Assembly: GCA_964016885.1 (NCBI GenBank)
Contig: OZ024741.1
Coordinates: 153,264,001-153,328,000 of the forward strand
Direction of reading: 5' to 3'
Source of the DNA: Eledone cirrhosa
Taxonomy: Eukaryota
DNA length: 64,000 nt
A program made the position numbers and the translations under genes. Shown here piece after piece: positions 11,801 to 25,100 of this stretch. The notes beneath the pieces were generated by a model. That model saw only the letters and a list, made by a program, of their open reading frames with translations. It was not told where the DNA came from and made no database searches. Position 1 is the first letter of the stretch. Every line of letters begins with the position of its first letter.

Positions 11801-13918
11801 TATAACAACGTTTTTTACCCTCAATGAACCTAGCAGACCCACCCCTCCACCTGGTCTCTTGAATACAACAAGCATCGACCTCCTTACGTTCAAGCATTTC
11901 TACAACCTCGTTAGCGCGACCCTTTAGGGTGCCTACATTTATGGTACCAACTCTGAAGTTTTGGATTGCGTTTGGGGGTTGGGGGCGGTGGGGGGCGGGG
12001 GGCGATGGGGTTATGTTAGCCGTCCGCGGTCGAAACAATGAGGAGTGCTCGCATTCTCGTCCAAGGGGTGAATTTGTCTTTATCTTTGGCATTGTCGCTG
12101 AGCGTCCAGATTTTTCTCTCTCATCTCCACTCTCCAGGATTCCGCAGTCCATCCATCCATCATATATCGTATATCGAAAGGCAACCAGGCAAGCGATAGT
12201 ATAGGCCTCTGGTTTCTGATTGGTCCGCGTAGTAATACTGGTGATGCGTGGGGGCTCTGTTTTATGATTGGTCCACGTAATAGCAATGGTGGTGTGTGGG
12301 GGTGGGAGGGAGGGGTGTTGGGTAGCTAGCAAGAAGGTAATGATTGATAGGGGTCCATGCATGTATATATATATATAAATATATACACACATATATATAT
12401 ACATACATGCACATACAGAACATAAATATATACATATTTATATATACACATACACACATATATAATCATATACATACATACACATTCACACATACCCATA
12501 TATATACACACACACATACATATATATACATATATATATACACACATACGCATATATATATAATATACACATATATACATACAAATGCATATATACACAC
12601 ATGCATGTATATATAATATACACCTATAACACATACAAGCATATATACGTACGAAAAAGTATACATACCTGCATGAACATACGGATAAGGTATACTTACC
12701 TATACAAATAAGTAATGGTATAAACATAACATACTCTTAGCTACGACATCAAGATATATATTATCTGCGTATTGTCCATACTATCCGTTAAGGTATAAAT
12801 GTGGGGCTGTAATACAGGAAGGTTTTATGCAATTTGTGTTTACAAGCCGAAATTGCCTCAGATTTTTTTGTTTAAGATTTGATCATCGGTGTAGAGTATT
12901 TCCAGGGCTTCAGCAGCACAAATATCGCATGGTCTTTTGTTTCCATTATACGATCTAGCTTTAGCTAGGATCTCCCAGTGTAACCTATATTGGGTGTGGT
13001 TGTCTTTTAGACTCCAGATATAAGCCGAAAGTGATGTCTTAAAAGGTTAAGAAAAGAATGGGTGTGCATGTAAAAATGCTGCTTGAATCTATTGGCAGTT
13101 AACCTTATGTAGGACCAACTAGACGTGGGTCTGTCACCTTACATTTGTAGACAATGTTACTAGAGAGGCATTTCCTGGATAAAGGGCAGTTTTCTCGATT
13201 CCTACAATTACAGTTAGTACTAGCTACAGGGTTGTTAGTGTTACTACGGCTAGGTAATTTGACTAAATTTGATGCTGTGATGTTATGTGCGAAGTTAGGA
13301 ATTTTAACGGAATTTCTATTAAAAATGTTATTATATTTATGTGCTGAGGGGAAATGCATCTTAATTAGAGAGAGAAAGATTTTAGCTAATGGTGTGGCCA
13401 CCTCCATATTATATGGTGGGTTATACCATACAATGCGTCGGGATCTATTTTTCCTAGGTTTATGCTCATACTTAGTATATTCTACCTTATCAACAAATCC
13501 ACTCCGAGCTAGAGCTTCATTGTAATATGTGGAATGATTGGTGAAATATGCTCGTTTGTTGATAGACGAGAAAGCCTCAATGAAACGTTTCTTAGCAGGT
13601 TCTTAGTTATGCTCCAGAGCTGAGAATCATTCTGTTTCCTAAATAGAATATTAGTCTAACGTCTCCATTTATACCATAAACGTGGTTTTGTTTTTTTGTC
13701 TTTGCGTGAATTTGTTCTCATCACTCCACATGACGTAATTATCCTCGGTTTTTTCCCCATTCATTGCCAGGGAACGTCTTCACGAACCAAAGTATCGTCT
13801 TCCTGTTTCCCTTCGGTTGCAACGTTTTTCGAAATATTTACTTCTGCGTTTTTTTTTAGTTTCAGAAGATCCCGTTAAGGGTGAAAGCAATGATTCTTTG
13901 CTTAAACTTTAATGTTAT

Positions 13919-13957
<39 letters not shown>

Positions 13958-14912
13958 TTAAAATATTGAGCGTAAAGTTGAATAATGGTCTTTCCTTTCA
14001 CTTGGCTAATAACATCCATATATATATATATATATATATATGTAAATATGAGAATAAACGTGCTGCGTGGTTGCAAATGGGTTACATATGAATAAAGTGG
14101 TCCTCATCAGTGATCTTCCAACCATCACAGGTATTTCTTCGCTTTAAAGACCATATACCTCCGGTTGGTGCGAGCAACGGCTAAAAAAAGTCGTTGGGAC
14201 ACGTAAATAAAGAGAACAGCGAGAGTGGAAACAAACAAAGATGGTGAAGCAACGAAAAGTGAGGAAGAACGAGACAAGTCCCAAATTTCGATGAATATAA
14301 GTTCGGTGAAATCGCGAACGAGAGAGAATAAAGACCATCAAACCTGGTTGGAATGTGAGCAAGGAAGGAATTCCGTACAGGTCTAGCGGGAGGAAGAAGG
14401 AATCTAGTCTGTGAATTCGGTGAACCCTCATCCTTCACTCACTCACTCTCTGTTACTACCTCTCCTCCTCCTCCTTCCCGTTTCACCTGTGCGTAATTCT
14501 TTTCTTTCGCATGCTTGGTCAGGCTGGTTCGCCTTTTTTCTCTCTCTCGTCTACGATTTCACAGAACTTATGTTCACCGAATTCACAGACTAGATTCCTT
14601 CTTCCTCCCGTTAGACCTGTACGGAATTCCTTCCTTGCTCACATTCCAACCAGGTTTGATGGTCTTTATTCTCTCTCGTTCACGATTTCACCGAACTTAT
14701 ATTCATCGAAATTTGGGACTTGACTCGTTCTTCCTCACTTTTCGTTGCTTCACCATCTTTGTTTGTTTACACTCTCGCTGTCCCCTTTATTTACGTGTCC
14801 CAACGACTTTTTTTAGCCGTTGCTCGCACCAACCGGAGGTATATGGTCTTTAAAGCGAAGAAATACCTGTGATGGTTGGAAGATCACTGATGAGGACCAC
14901 TTTATTCATATA

Positions 14913-15007
<95 letters not shown>

Positions 15008-18000
15008 AGAGTGAACAGAAGCTGTGGAATAATCAGAGCCTGATGGATTTTATTCAGTATTTCATTCATTCATTAATAATTCTGTTTCACTATAATCACA
15101 TAACACCTACCATGGTCTAAATTGGTGATTATGCAACACAAAATTACTGACCTCTATGTTGAAAGACATTTCAATTACAGCTGATCAGAGAAAGTGATAT
15201 TAAGTTGTGTTGTTGGGTCGTTTTTTTGTAGAGATGAACCAGTAGGTGGGTTTAGTCGATGTTGACCAATCAGCATTTGAGAATGGGCAGTATATATGCA
15301 CATACCTATACATGTATGTATGCGTATATATGTGTCTGTCCCATAACTTAGCAGTTCAACAAAAATAAGTACTAGACTTTTTGAAAAATATGCACTAGGG
15401 CCAATATGATCAACTAATTCAGGGTAGTGCCCCAGCATGGCTGCAGTCTAATGACTGAAACCAATAAAAATTTTAAAGAATAAAAGTGTATATAAATCTC
15501 ATAGGTCGCACATAAAACATTTACTATCATCATCATCATCATCATCGTTTAACGTCCATTTTCCACACTAGCATGGGTCTGGACGGGAATTGTCCCACTT
15601 GAGGCAAGATTGGTTGTCTTGCTCAGGACTGTCTGGCGGGTTTTCTACGGCCGGATGCCCTTCCTAACACCAACCATGTTTACAGTGTGGACTAGGAGGT
15701 TTTTACCGTGTTACCTACACGGCCACATTACTGCGTAGACTGTGTGTTTTTTTGTTGTGACACCTACACGACCTCATTTATTTAGGACTGGATGTTGTGG
15801 TACCAACATAGCTTTACATCGAAAGGGGTGGTGTAATGGCGGTTGGGTAGGGTTAGTGGGACGGGGGTGTATTTTGGTTAAGAGGTGCCTACTGACTGTA
15901 GGTTTCGCTTTGTACTTAGGCAAGGCTGGTCTTCTGTATTACTATGTAGCACCAAAGATCTCGGTCCAGTGACATTGTCTTGGAGAGGTGTAAGTGTGTG
16001 AGGTCGGATTTTATCAAGTCGTCCCAGGTTTTTCTGGGTCTGCCTACTCCGTAGCTACCGTCTATTTTGATCACCCTGCATCTTTTTATACAGCTGTCAT
16101 CTTTCATGCGCATCACGTGACCATACCAATGTAGTCTTCTCTCGAGTAAACAGCATCTGATCCCTCTTATTCCTAATTTCTCACTTAGTTCATTTATGCT
16201 TTGCCGTTCGCGTATATTACTATTACACATCCAACGGAGCATGCAAGCTTCGTTCCTCTCCAGTCTGCGTAGATCCTCTGCACACAAGGCCCATGTCTCA
16301 CTGCCATGTACCACATATTTTGAATTGAGGTTTTGTATGGCCAGTAGATAAGTCATATGCTGGTTTTTCCATGTATTTTCATGTGGAAAAGGTGTGACTA
16401 TCTATGGTACAGTTTGAAACTGGCTTTTCCACCCTATTTCTCCATGAATACAAGATATAGTGGCTTATTCTTAGCTAAGAACTTATTTTGAAGTTGTCTC
16501 ACAAGTATCAATAGTAGACCAACCTTGCACAAGTTTAAGTATGATCTTTTTCAGGATCCCCAAAACTGGTGGGAAGCAGTTAACCTCAAATTGAAAGCAT
16601 CGCCTGAATGTTTGCAACAGTGTGGACTTCACTAAAATTTTCCTTTGATAAGGTGGTAGTGTTGAACTGAGTGATGAATTAAGTCTGACGGCACTTTATT
16701 ATTGGTATTTGATTCTTTATTACCCAAGAGTTAATAGAATAACTTCCTCCTAAGAGAATTACAACTCAGAACCACCTTGATGTGACAGATCTCAGTTATT
16801 CTCTAATCACTACTTCAGCAAGTATTGTGAAGTCTATGCTTAACCACTGAGGTCATAACAAGATTGAGACAAATCTGAAAATGTCTCTCATAGTTGCAAA
16901 ATAATTCAGCAGTTTATTCCTCACTGCATAATTATTTTTTTCACTAACATAAAACTAAAAACACTAATATGTTGAAAATTAAGTTAGACATTCTGAGAAT
17001 ACTTGAGAATACCTTGGCTAAAGATTTTACATTGCCACAAAATGCACTTAGTACATGACATGAAGAGGTTGGCATTAGGAATGGCATCCAACCATTGAAA
17101 CAAGGCCCAAAATGGAACATATGAGTGAGATGCAATCATCTGACATATCTGGCCTCAGAACATGAAAATCTGTCTGACCCATGCAAGCATGAAAACTATA
17201 CATAAAACGGTGATAGTGATGATGAATAATTTTGTTTTAAAGCTTGTAAGAATTTAATGAAATTACCTGGTTTCTAATAACTTGCTGTAAATTCATGGCT
17301 GTCCTTGTTTCATAGCTCTGCACATTACTCGTTTTAATACTTTTGCTCCTGTTTGTAACAACACAAATATTTGAAATTATCCTTCTATCTAAATACTATA
17401 TATTTTCTGTAGTGCCACTAACAAATTTCTTTATAACATTCATTTCACATTCTAACTTATGCAAGCATGGAAAATAGATGTAACAGTGGTGATGTCTTTG
17501 TCTTAAAGATCTGTTTTTCCATGCTGATATAAGTTGGACAGGTCTACTATATAGCATATCACTTATCATCTTAGTCTTCTTCTTTGCCCACTCATTCCTA
17601 GGAGGGTTGTTGGGGTAGAGTCCTCAAGCACACCATCCAACAGATCTTATCTGAAGTAACTATCTGCAGTTGATCCAGCTGGATGCCTCAGTGAGACCAG
17701 CCAAGCTCATATATGGTATCCAACCATCTTGCTTGGAGTCTACCCCTGGGTCTCCTGCTTGTAAAATCTGTCCAGCGATTCTTTCCTGAGACAATCTAAC
17801 CACATGCCCATAGAAACATTTTTTCACACTCAGAGTTGCTGAAGCATGGAACAAACTACCTGCCTCAGTTGTTAGCTGTCGAGACACTGCATCCTTTAAA
17901 ACCTCCATGCTTCCCGAGATTCACCAACACTACACCTAATGTTCCCCCTCCATACACATACACACATGTATATCATGACTCATACACTATTCACTTCCTT

Positions 18001-19117
18001 GACATTTGTATATTATTCTATGTACTATACATGCACCTTTGACGAGTTGTAGTGCACCTGAGCACTTTACACAATAATTTCATTATTATTATTATAGTAT
18101 CGGAGCAGCTCTACCTGGAGTGACTCTGATCAAGTAATGTTTACTCCAAAGTCTCTTAAGAGGAATCCCATTTCAGTCGCTTGTATTTGCGATCATATTC
18201 TTTCGATCATTACCCAAGATTCATGACCATAGGTAAGAGTTGGCACAAATACCGAATTGAAAATAGCAAGTTTGCCATTTATACTTACCGCCCTTCTTTT
18301 TGTGACTTACTGATGAAGCTGGCACATTACTGCATGGAAGCATCTTAGTCTGATGTCATAATTTCTGTTAGAGTTTCTTGATACCTGACCTAATCACTTC
18401 TTTCTTTTTTCTTCAGTCATACTCTACTATGGGTACTCTCAAAGCAGAGTCGGATTTAGAACTTGGGAGGGCCTGGGGCACTTCTGGTTTGGGAGCCCCT
18501 TATACAATTGATCCCTTTGTTCCCCATTGAATCCGGCCCTGTGTATATATCATTTTACATTTGCTTTTCCCTACTTGCAAGGGTGGGACGGGAACTGATT
18601 CTGGCTTGATTTCTACAGCTGGATGCCCTTCCTAACACCAACCTCATTTACAGTGAGTGCTGGGTGCTTTTTTGCCGTGGCACCTCCACGTCCACTTTAC
18701 AGTGGAATGATATGGACCCCAGTCCCTATCATCTCATTTCTACAGCTGAGTAAACTGGAGCAATGTGAAATAAAGTGTCTTGCTCAAGGAAACAACACAT
18801 CACCTGGTCTGAGAATTGAACTGACAACCTTTCGATTGCAAAGCCAATGCTCTAACCACTAAGCCATGTGCCTCCATATATATATATAAATATATATATA
18901 TATGCAAAAAGACAAACAGAAATAACAAAGCAAATGACATAGTATAATGTAGAAATATATAAGTTTTAAGCTTGATAAGAGTCTAAACGTTTCAGATGCC
19001 AGTCCTTCATTGTTAAATAGAAAGATAGAGGAGAGTGAGCAGTGGAAGAAATGCAAAAAAATTTCTTTGGAAAAACAAGGATCTATTCAAATCACCATCT
19101 CTATAAAGAGAGAGACA

Positions 19118-19176
<59 letters not shown>

Positions 19177-22100
19177 TATAAACCTAATATATTCCTTCCA
19201 TATACAGTACCAATTGTGTTATTTCTGTTTACCTTTTACATACATACATATATATATGTATAGATATATGTAAGGTAAATTATGAGTCAATGATCCTTTT
19301 ATTTGTTATATATATATATATATATTTTGACAGTGGTAGAAAAATAGAGAGAGAAAGAGAAAGATAGAAATAGAGAGAGATGAATTTGTCCATTCTTTCA
19401 ATGGCAAATTATCTGCTAACACACAGGAAAACAGACACATAGAAAAATACATACTCACACACACAATGCCACAACCATCTGATGTCGCTTACATAGAAAA
19501 ATTTTGATGACTCCATATGTAAGTGACAAACACTTTTTATTAGAATATTGATCTGATAACAATCTGATGTCTCTAAAGTTGAGAAAATTTTATGAATTCT
19601 GCTACAGTAAGGACATTAAATACTTTTGTTAAAAATATAGTTCTCATTGTGAAAAGGATAAAGCTAAAAAGCCCAGCAGTGGGCACAAATAAATTGCTAT
19701 AGCTGTCGTTGGTGGGGGCCCTGCGAGGGATGGAGGGAACAATTGCCCCCTTTGCTCCCCATTAAATCCAGCCCTGTTTCAAGGGACAACATAACCCCTT
19801 TTCCATTCCACACAGCTCAGTTACTCTCTAGCATTCCCTGTCATTCTTTTAGACTCTATGCTAGTGGTTCTTAACCTGGGATGCCAGGACCCTCAAGGGG
19901 TGTGAGATTCAGTTCTTGGGGGCGCAGAGAAGAAGCAAGAACAGAAGTCATATTAAAGATTAAAATATTTTGATTGGATATTTTCCGTTATTTTCAAAAA
20001 ATTGTATTTATTAATCATAATAGTTAATTAATTAAATAGTAGCAGCTAAGTAGCTGATAATTTGAACTGAAAATTCAAGTTCTTGCAAGGCCTAGGGATG
20101 AGGGATGGAATTTCAAAATCTCAAGAGGTGCCGTGATAGAAAAGGTTAAGAACAACTGCTCTAGCTTCAGATTTGTAACTTTTTCTAAAAATCTTTGATT
20201 GATTCTGCTATGAGAACCAGATTATCAGCATACAATTTTGATGTTATTTGGCAACATTTTGATGTGTGAAGCAACAGTTAGATGTATTTTGGTGTGTGGC
20301 AATATATTTATGTGTGAGGCAACATTTTGATGAGTTGAGCAACATTATGTTGTGTGTGTGAAGCAATAGTTTGATGTGTGAGGCAACATTTTGCTATGTG
20401 GAGCAACATTGTGATGTATGTGTGTGAGGCAACATTTTGATGTATGAGGCAACATGTGAGCAGGGTCAATGCAGTGACAGTGTGGCTATCTACTCAGACA
20501 GATTTAGAGGTCTCACCTGAGTGAAAAAGTGTACTTCCTTTCATGAATTATTGGTGATTTGGTCTCTTTTAATTTCCTTGTCAAATTGTTTCTGCCTAAA
20601 TTATGTTGTGTCTGTTGTTGTTTCCAATATTTCTCTTGTTCCTTGCTACCATGTAACTTTGGCAGGTAAATTTCAACCAAACTGTCAGCCAAATGTGTCA
20701 TGAAGCCATGAAGAGAGGTCTGTCTAAAAGACAGAGCTGTTTTCTTGGTTGAATAGAACTGCAATAGACAATTAGATAAACATTAATAATAGAAACAAAG
20801 AAAAACACTAATTTCTCTCAACAAATTAAAAGTAATCATCGTCCTCCAAAATTTCGTCAACTATCAGTTAAAGTGAGGAATAAAAATCATTCATATGGAC
20901 AACACACATATGAGAGACGGTTTAACATAAAGAGATTTAGCTGAAGCTTAATATGTATGTGTGTGTGTATTTAAGGTTCGTGCATACTTGTGTTTCTGCA
21001 TGTGTTTATGTGTGTATATTTGTGAATGTTTGTGCACATGAGACAAAGAGAGAGGAAAAAACAAACAGAAATAAGATAACATACAAAGTTAGAATGTAGA
21101 GCTTCCAAAATAGAAGGGTTTCTTTCGAAGTGATTCAGTTGCAGTAGTATGGTCTGTAATGTTGTTAATAGAACCTCTCTGGGTGGTTCATCTAACAGAC
21201 ATTGGTAAACTTTCATTAAAGCCTGAATTGCTCCAAGACGTATTCGCCAACTCCAATCATCTTCAGTAATTAAGAGATAGGTAGAATTATAAAAGTTATT
21301 GTTAACACCTTTATGACAATATTTTTAATTAAATATGTGTTTTAATCAATTTTAAAAATAAGGAATAATTTAGAAGGATTTAGAAAAATATCAAACCTTT
21401 TCAACAAGCTGATATTTGGAGCTTAAGAAAAATGTTCTTATATAAGAGTTTAAAATAAAAAATGTGACTTTTTTAAGTAATGAAAGTCATTTATTTACCA
21501 GGTTCCTTAGATGATCCATATGGAGATTCGAAAGAAGCTAGTTCAAGGAGGCTGATACTATTCAAAGTATGATTATTGTCTATCTGGAACTTAAAACCAG
21601 GTATTTGTTGAAATGATTGCCCTCTTATACAGCAAGACTTCTCTTCAACAATGTTGGAATTATCGCCCATAAGAGCCCTCTTCTGAATATATGAAGTACT
21701 CCCATTGAGAAGAATATCACCCAGGAGCTCAGTGTAAATGAAAATGATATCCCACGACCAAAAACCAAAACAGCACTCTTCTGTTTCTTCTGCAGACACC
21801 TACAACAGGAGTAGAGTCACTAAAAAAATTACTAAATTATATTGAATCAATCGTATTCATGGAGGATTTAGCAAATTATGAATTTTGAAGTAAGCTGCTT
21901 CAATGCAGGTTTATTTACTATGAAAAATAGTTGAACAAGTTGGGCATATAAGCCCTTAGAGACACTGTCTGCTTTTTCCATCTCTAGGGCCTGATATGCT
22001 CAACTTGTTCGATTGTTTTTCATAGTAAAAAAACCTGCATTAAAGCAGCTTACTTTAAGCTAACTTACATTCAAAATTCTAAATTGTATTAACAAAGGAA

Positions 22101-25100
22101 GTATGTTTGGAATGTGGTGAGCAAAGTTTAGAACTGAAATAGAAATAGAAGTGTCGCTGTAACATTGACTACATAATATAGTTTAATAATGGGGTGTATA
22201 AACTCACTGAATGCATAAGCTAAATTCTTCTATTTCTATTTCAATTCTAAATTGTATTGATTTCAGAGAACTTAATATTTTACTCTATTGTTACCATATT
22301 TCAAATGAAAGTCACTGGCTATGATTTTCAAATAACTTCTTAAATAATCAGGAATTTGGAGGGATTTAGTAATATAATTAACTTTCTTATTATTAAGTTA
22401 GTGCCTGGAATATTAGTGTACTTAAAAAAGGTTCTTACATAAAATTATAATGTAAGTTTTTTTTACATAAATATAAACATTTTAAAAATAAACACCAGGG
22501 TTTTAAAGTTAAATTCGACAAAGACATTCTAGCTCAATGTAGAGGAACATAACTAAAATGCTAACTAGATTAAATATGCTAACACTAACTTAACTATTCA
22601 TGCAGATGGTGTGTCTAAGTAATTTATTCTCTTGAGATATGCTAATTTTCCATATTTAGATAACTACAGTGAAGTCTATGCTTTTCTGAAAAATATCTAA
22701 GATCAAAACATGCCTACGGTTGTCTCCCTTACTTGTCGAAATAATTGTTTCTACTTTTGGCACAAGGCCAGCAATTACCCATTGCATTACTGGTACTTTA
22801 TTTTATCGACCCCGTAAGGAGGAAAGGCAAAGTTAACCTTGAAGGGATTTCGAAATAATGGTTTCTGATTTAGGCATAAGGCCAACAAATTGGGGGAGGG
22901 GAAAGTTGATTAAATCGACCTCAGTACGTGACTGGTACTTTATTTTATCAACCCCGTAAGAATGAAAGGCAAAGCTAACTTCAGCAGCGTTAGAACTGGG
23001 AATGTAAAGGGCCGTAACTCTATTCTGCAAAAGGTTGTTCAACGCCCTATTGATACTGCCAATCCACCACCCTTGTCAAAATAATGAAAATAATATTAGT
23101 CATTCCTTACTATTCAACTAATTTTAATTAGCTAATTAATGCCCCCAACATTAAATATGTCAATACTAACTTAGTTACTAAATGACACTCAGTCAGTCAT
23201 TTGCCTTTTCCATCAGTTTTCTACCTTAACAAGAAATTGACTTCTATTTCAGTTTAGCTATTTTCTTGGCCAAGCATTTTGAATTTTGTTCAATGGAGAA
23301 GTCAACATATTATATACATACATATTATATACATCATCATCATAGTTTTATTTCTATTTTCCATGTTTGCACGGGTTAGATATGCTAGACAAATCATGCG
23401 ACCACATCTAGCTCATATGATCTGTATTTGGCTTGGTTTTCTAAGGCCAATTGCCGTTCCTAACACCAACCTCGTTACAACATGTAGCGGGTGCATTTTA
23501 TTATGGCATCACCACTACCATACAACAGCAAAGTAAATGAAAAATAACTCCCTCAATTACACACTACAACAGGGAATGTTGGTGTTTCCCTCTATTCACA
23601 CACCCTTAATTGCACTTTACAACAGGGAATTCTAGTATTACCCCATAAAAATGTTAGAATCCAGTCAAAACACTCACTCTGTTTAAACCATTCTTTATGT
23701 CTTCAGGTTCTTTCATTCTAACATAATTTTGGTGGTCTTCATTACCTGGAGATGAAACAAGAATATCTTGATTAAATCAAAAAGTTAGAAAGTGTATAGA
23801 CATGTAATGTTTCCTTTTATGATTTATTAGTAGAAAAATAACAGTTATTATTTTGTTACCAATTAATCAGGAGGAATAGCAGTGACCGTGACCCTTTTCA
23901 GAGCCCCTAAAACTGGTGGGAGAGTGAGAGGAAGGTATCCTCAAACCAGAGACCTGGCTTGAATGCTTGCAGCAGAGTGAACTCTGCTAAAGGCACCTAA
24001 GGCTCAGCTGGTGGTGTTAACCCTTTTGATATTAACTGACCTGAAACCAACCCTGATTCTAAGACACCAAATTGTTTGTTTTGACATATTTATGCTCATC
24101 TAAAAACCTTCCATCATAATTTTATGTGAGAACCATTGTTAAGTTATGTTCCAAATACCAACTTAATAGTGAGAAAGTTATATTACTGAATCCCTCCAAA
24201 TTCTTCGTTATTTTCATGATCAATTGAAAACCATAGGAAGTGTTTTCAATTAGGAAGATGATAATGAAAGGGTTAAACCAAGCAATAAAATAAGGCTATC
24301 AGCTAAATAGACCAGAGAGGGATCTGAAATCAGAATGCAAAGTACTAGAACAAATATTGAAATGGATCCTACTGTACACTCGACTACTGCTCTAACACTT
24401 TTGCCAATTCATCACCTGAGTTACTGAGTCTTAGGATCATCATCAACACCATCCTCCTCCGCCTTCTCTATTTTCCCTGCTAGCAAAGGTTGGACAAGTC
24501 AACACAGTACTTAATTGGAGTTACTGACCTCTCAGACAAGCCAAGGTTGCCATATCTCACTTACATACATTCCCGCACCCTACAGTGTACACGAGGTGCA
24601 TTTTATTATGGTACCACCACAAGAGAGGTTGTCATATCTTTGACACAACTGAAGCATCTCAGTCCCTTGCTGGGCAAGGTTTTACAGCTAGATGCTATTC
24701 CTATCACCAACTACTTCACAGAGTTTAGTGAGTGTATTTTATTATGTCACCAACACAAATCTCTAATCATGGAACTATGAATTAGTTTTATATGTTTCGA
24801 CTATGAATAATATTTAATGCTAATATCAATTACATAACATAACCAAAGTGAAAATAAACAAACAACCTGCTGAATGGCTTGGTGAAATATCTTCTTTTGT
24901 AACCTGCCTATCACTGCTATAGATGCCACAATATGCTAAATATTGAAGAATACATAATACTGTCAAGTTTCTCTTTGCTGCTTCTGCTAACACATTCAAG
25001 GCAATGACATAGTCAACCCAGCTGTTAAAGATGAAAAATATATACATGTATAGTAAGAAGCCTTAAACGTCAGGACTGAATATATTCAAGAAATAAAGCT

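Noticed and set aside
12093-12404. N-terminal ~100 aa of the 1160-aa ORF
   Set aside because: Starts in a microsatellite and crosses the probable 5' UTR/promoter; the real start is more likely 12092 or 12152
14144-14853. Mirror ORFs on both strands
   Set aside because: By-product of the inverted repeat; no recognisable domain
14886-14911. CTGATGAG hammerhead half-core in the inverted-repeat arms
   Set aside because: No matching stem II partner or GAAA/stem III found in either arm
20235-20460. CRISPR-like appearance of regular repeats (also 55330, 56903)
   Set aside because: No unique spacers, no cas genes, eukaryotic context; these are minisatellites
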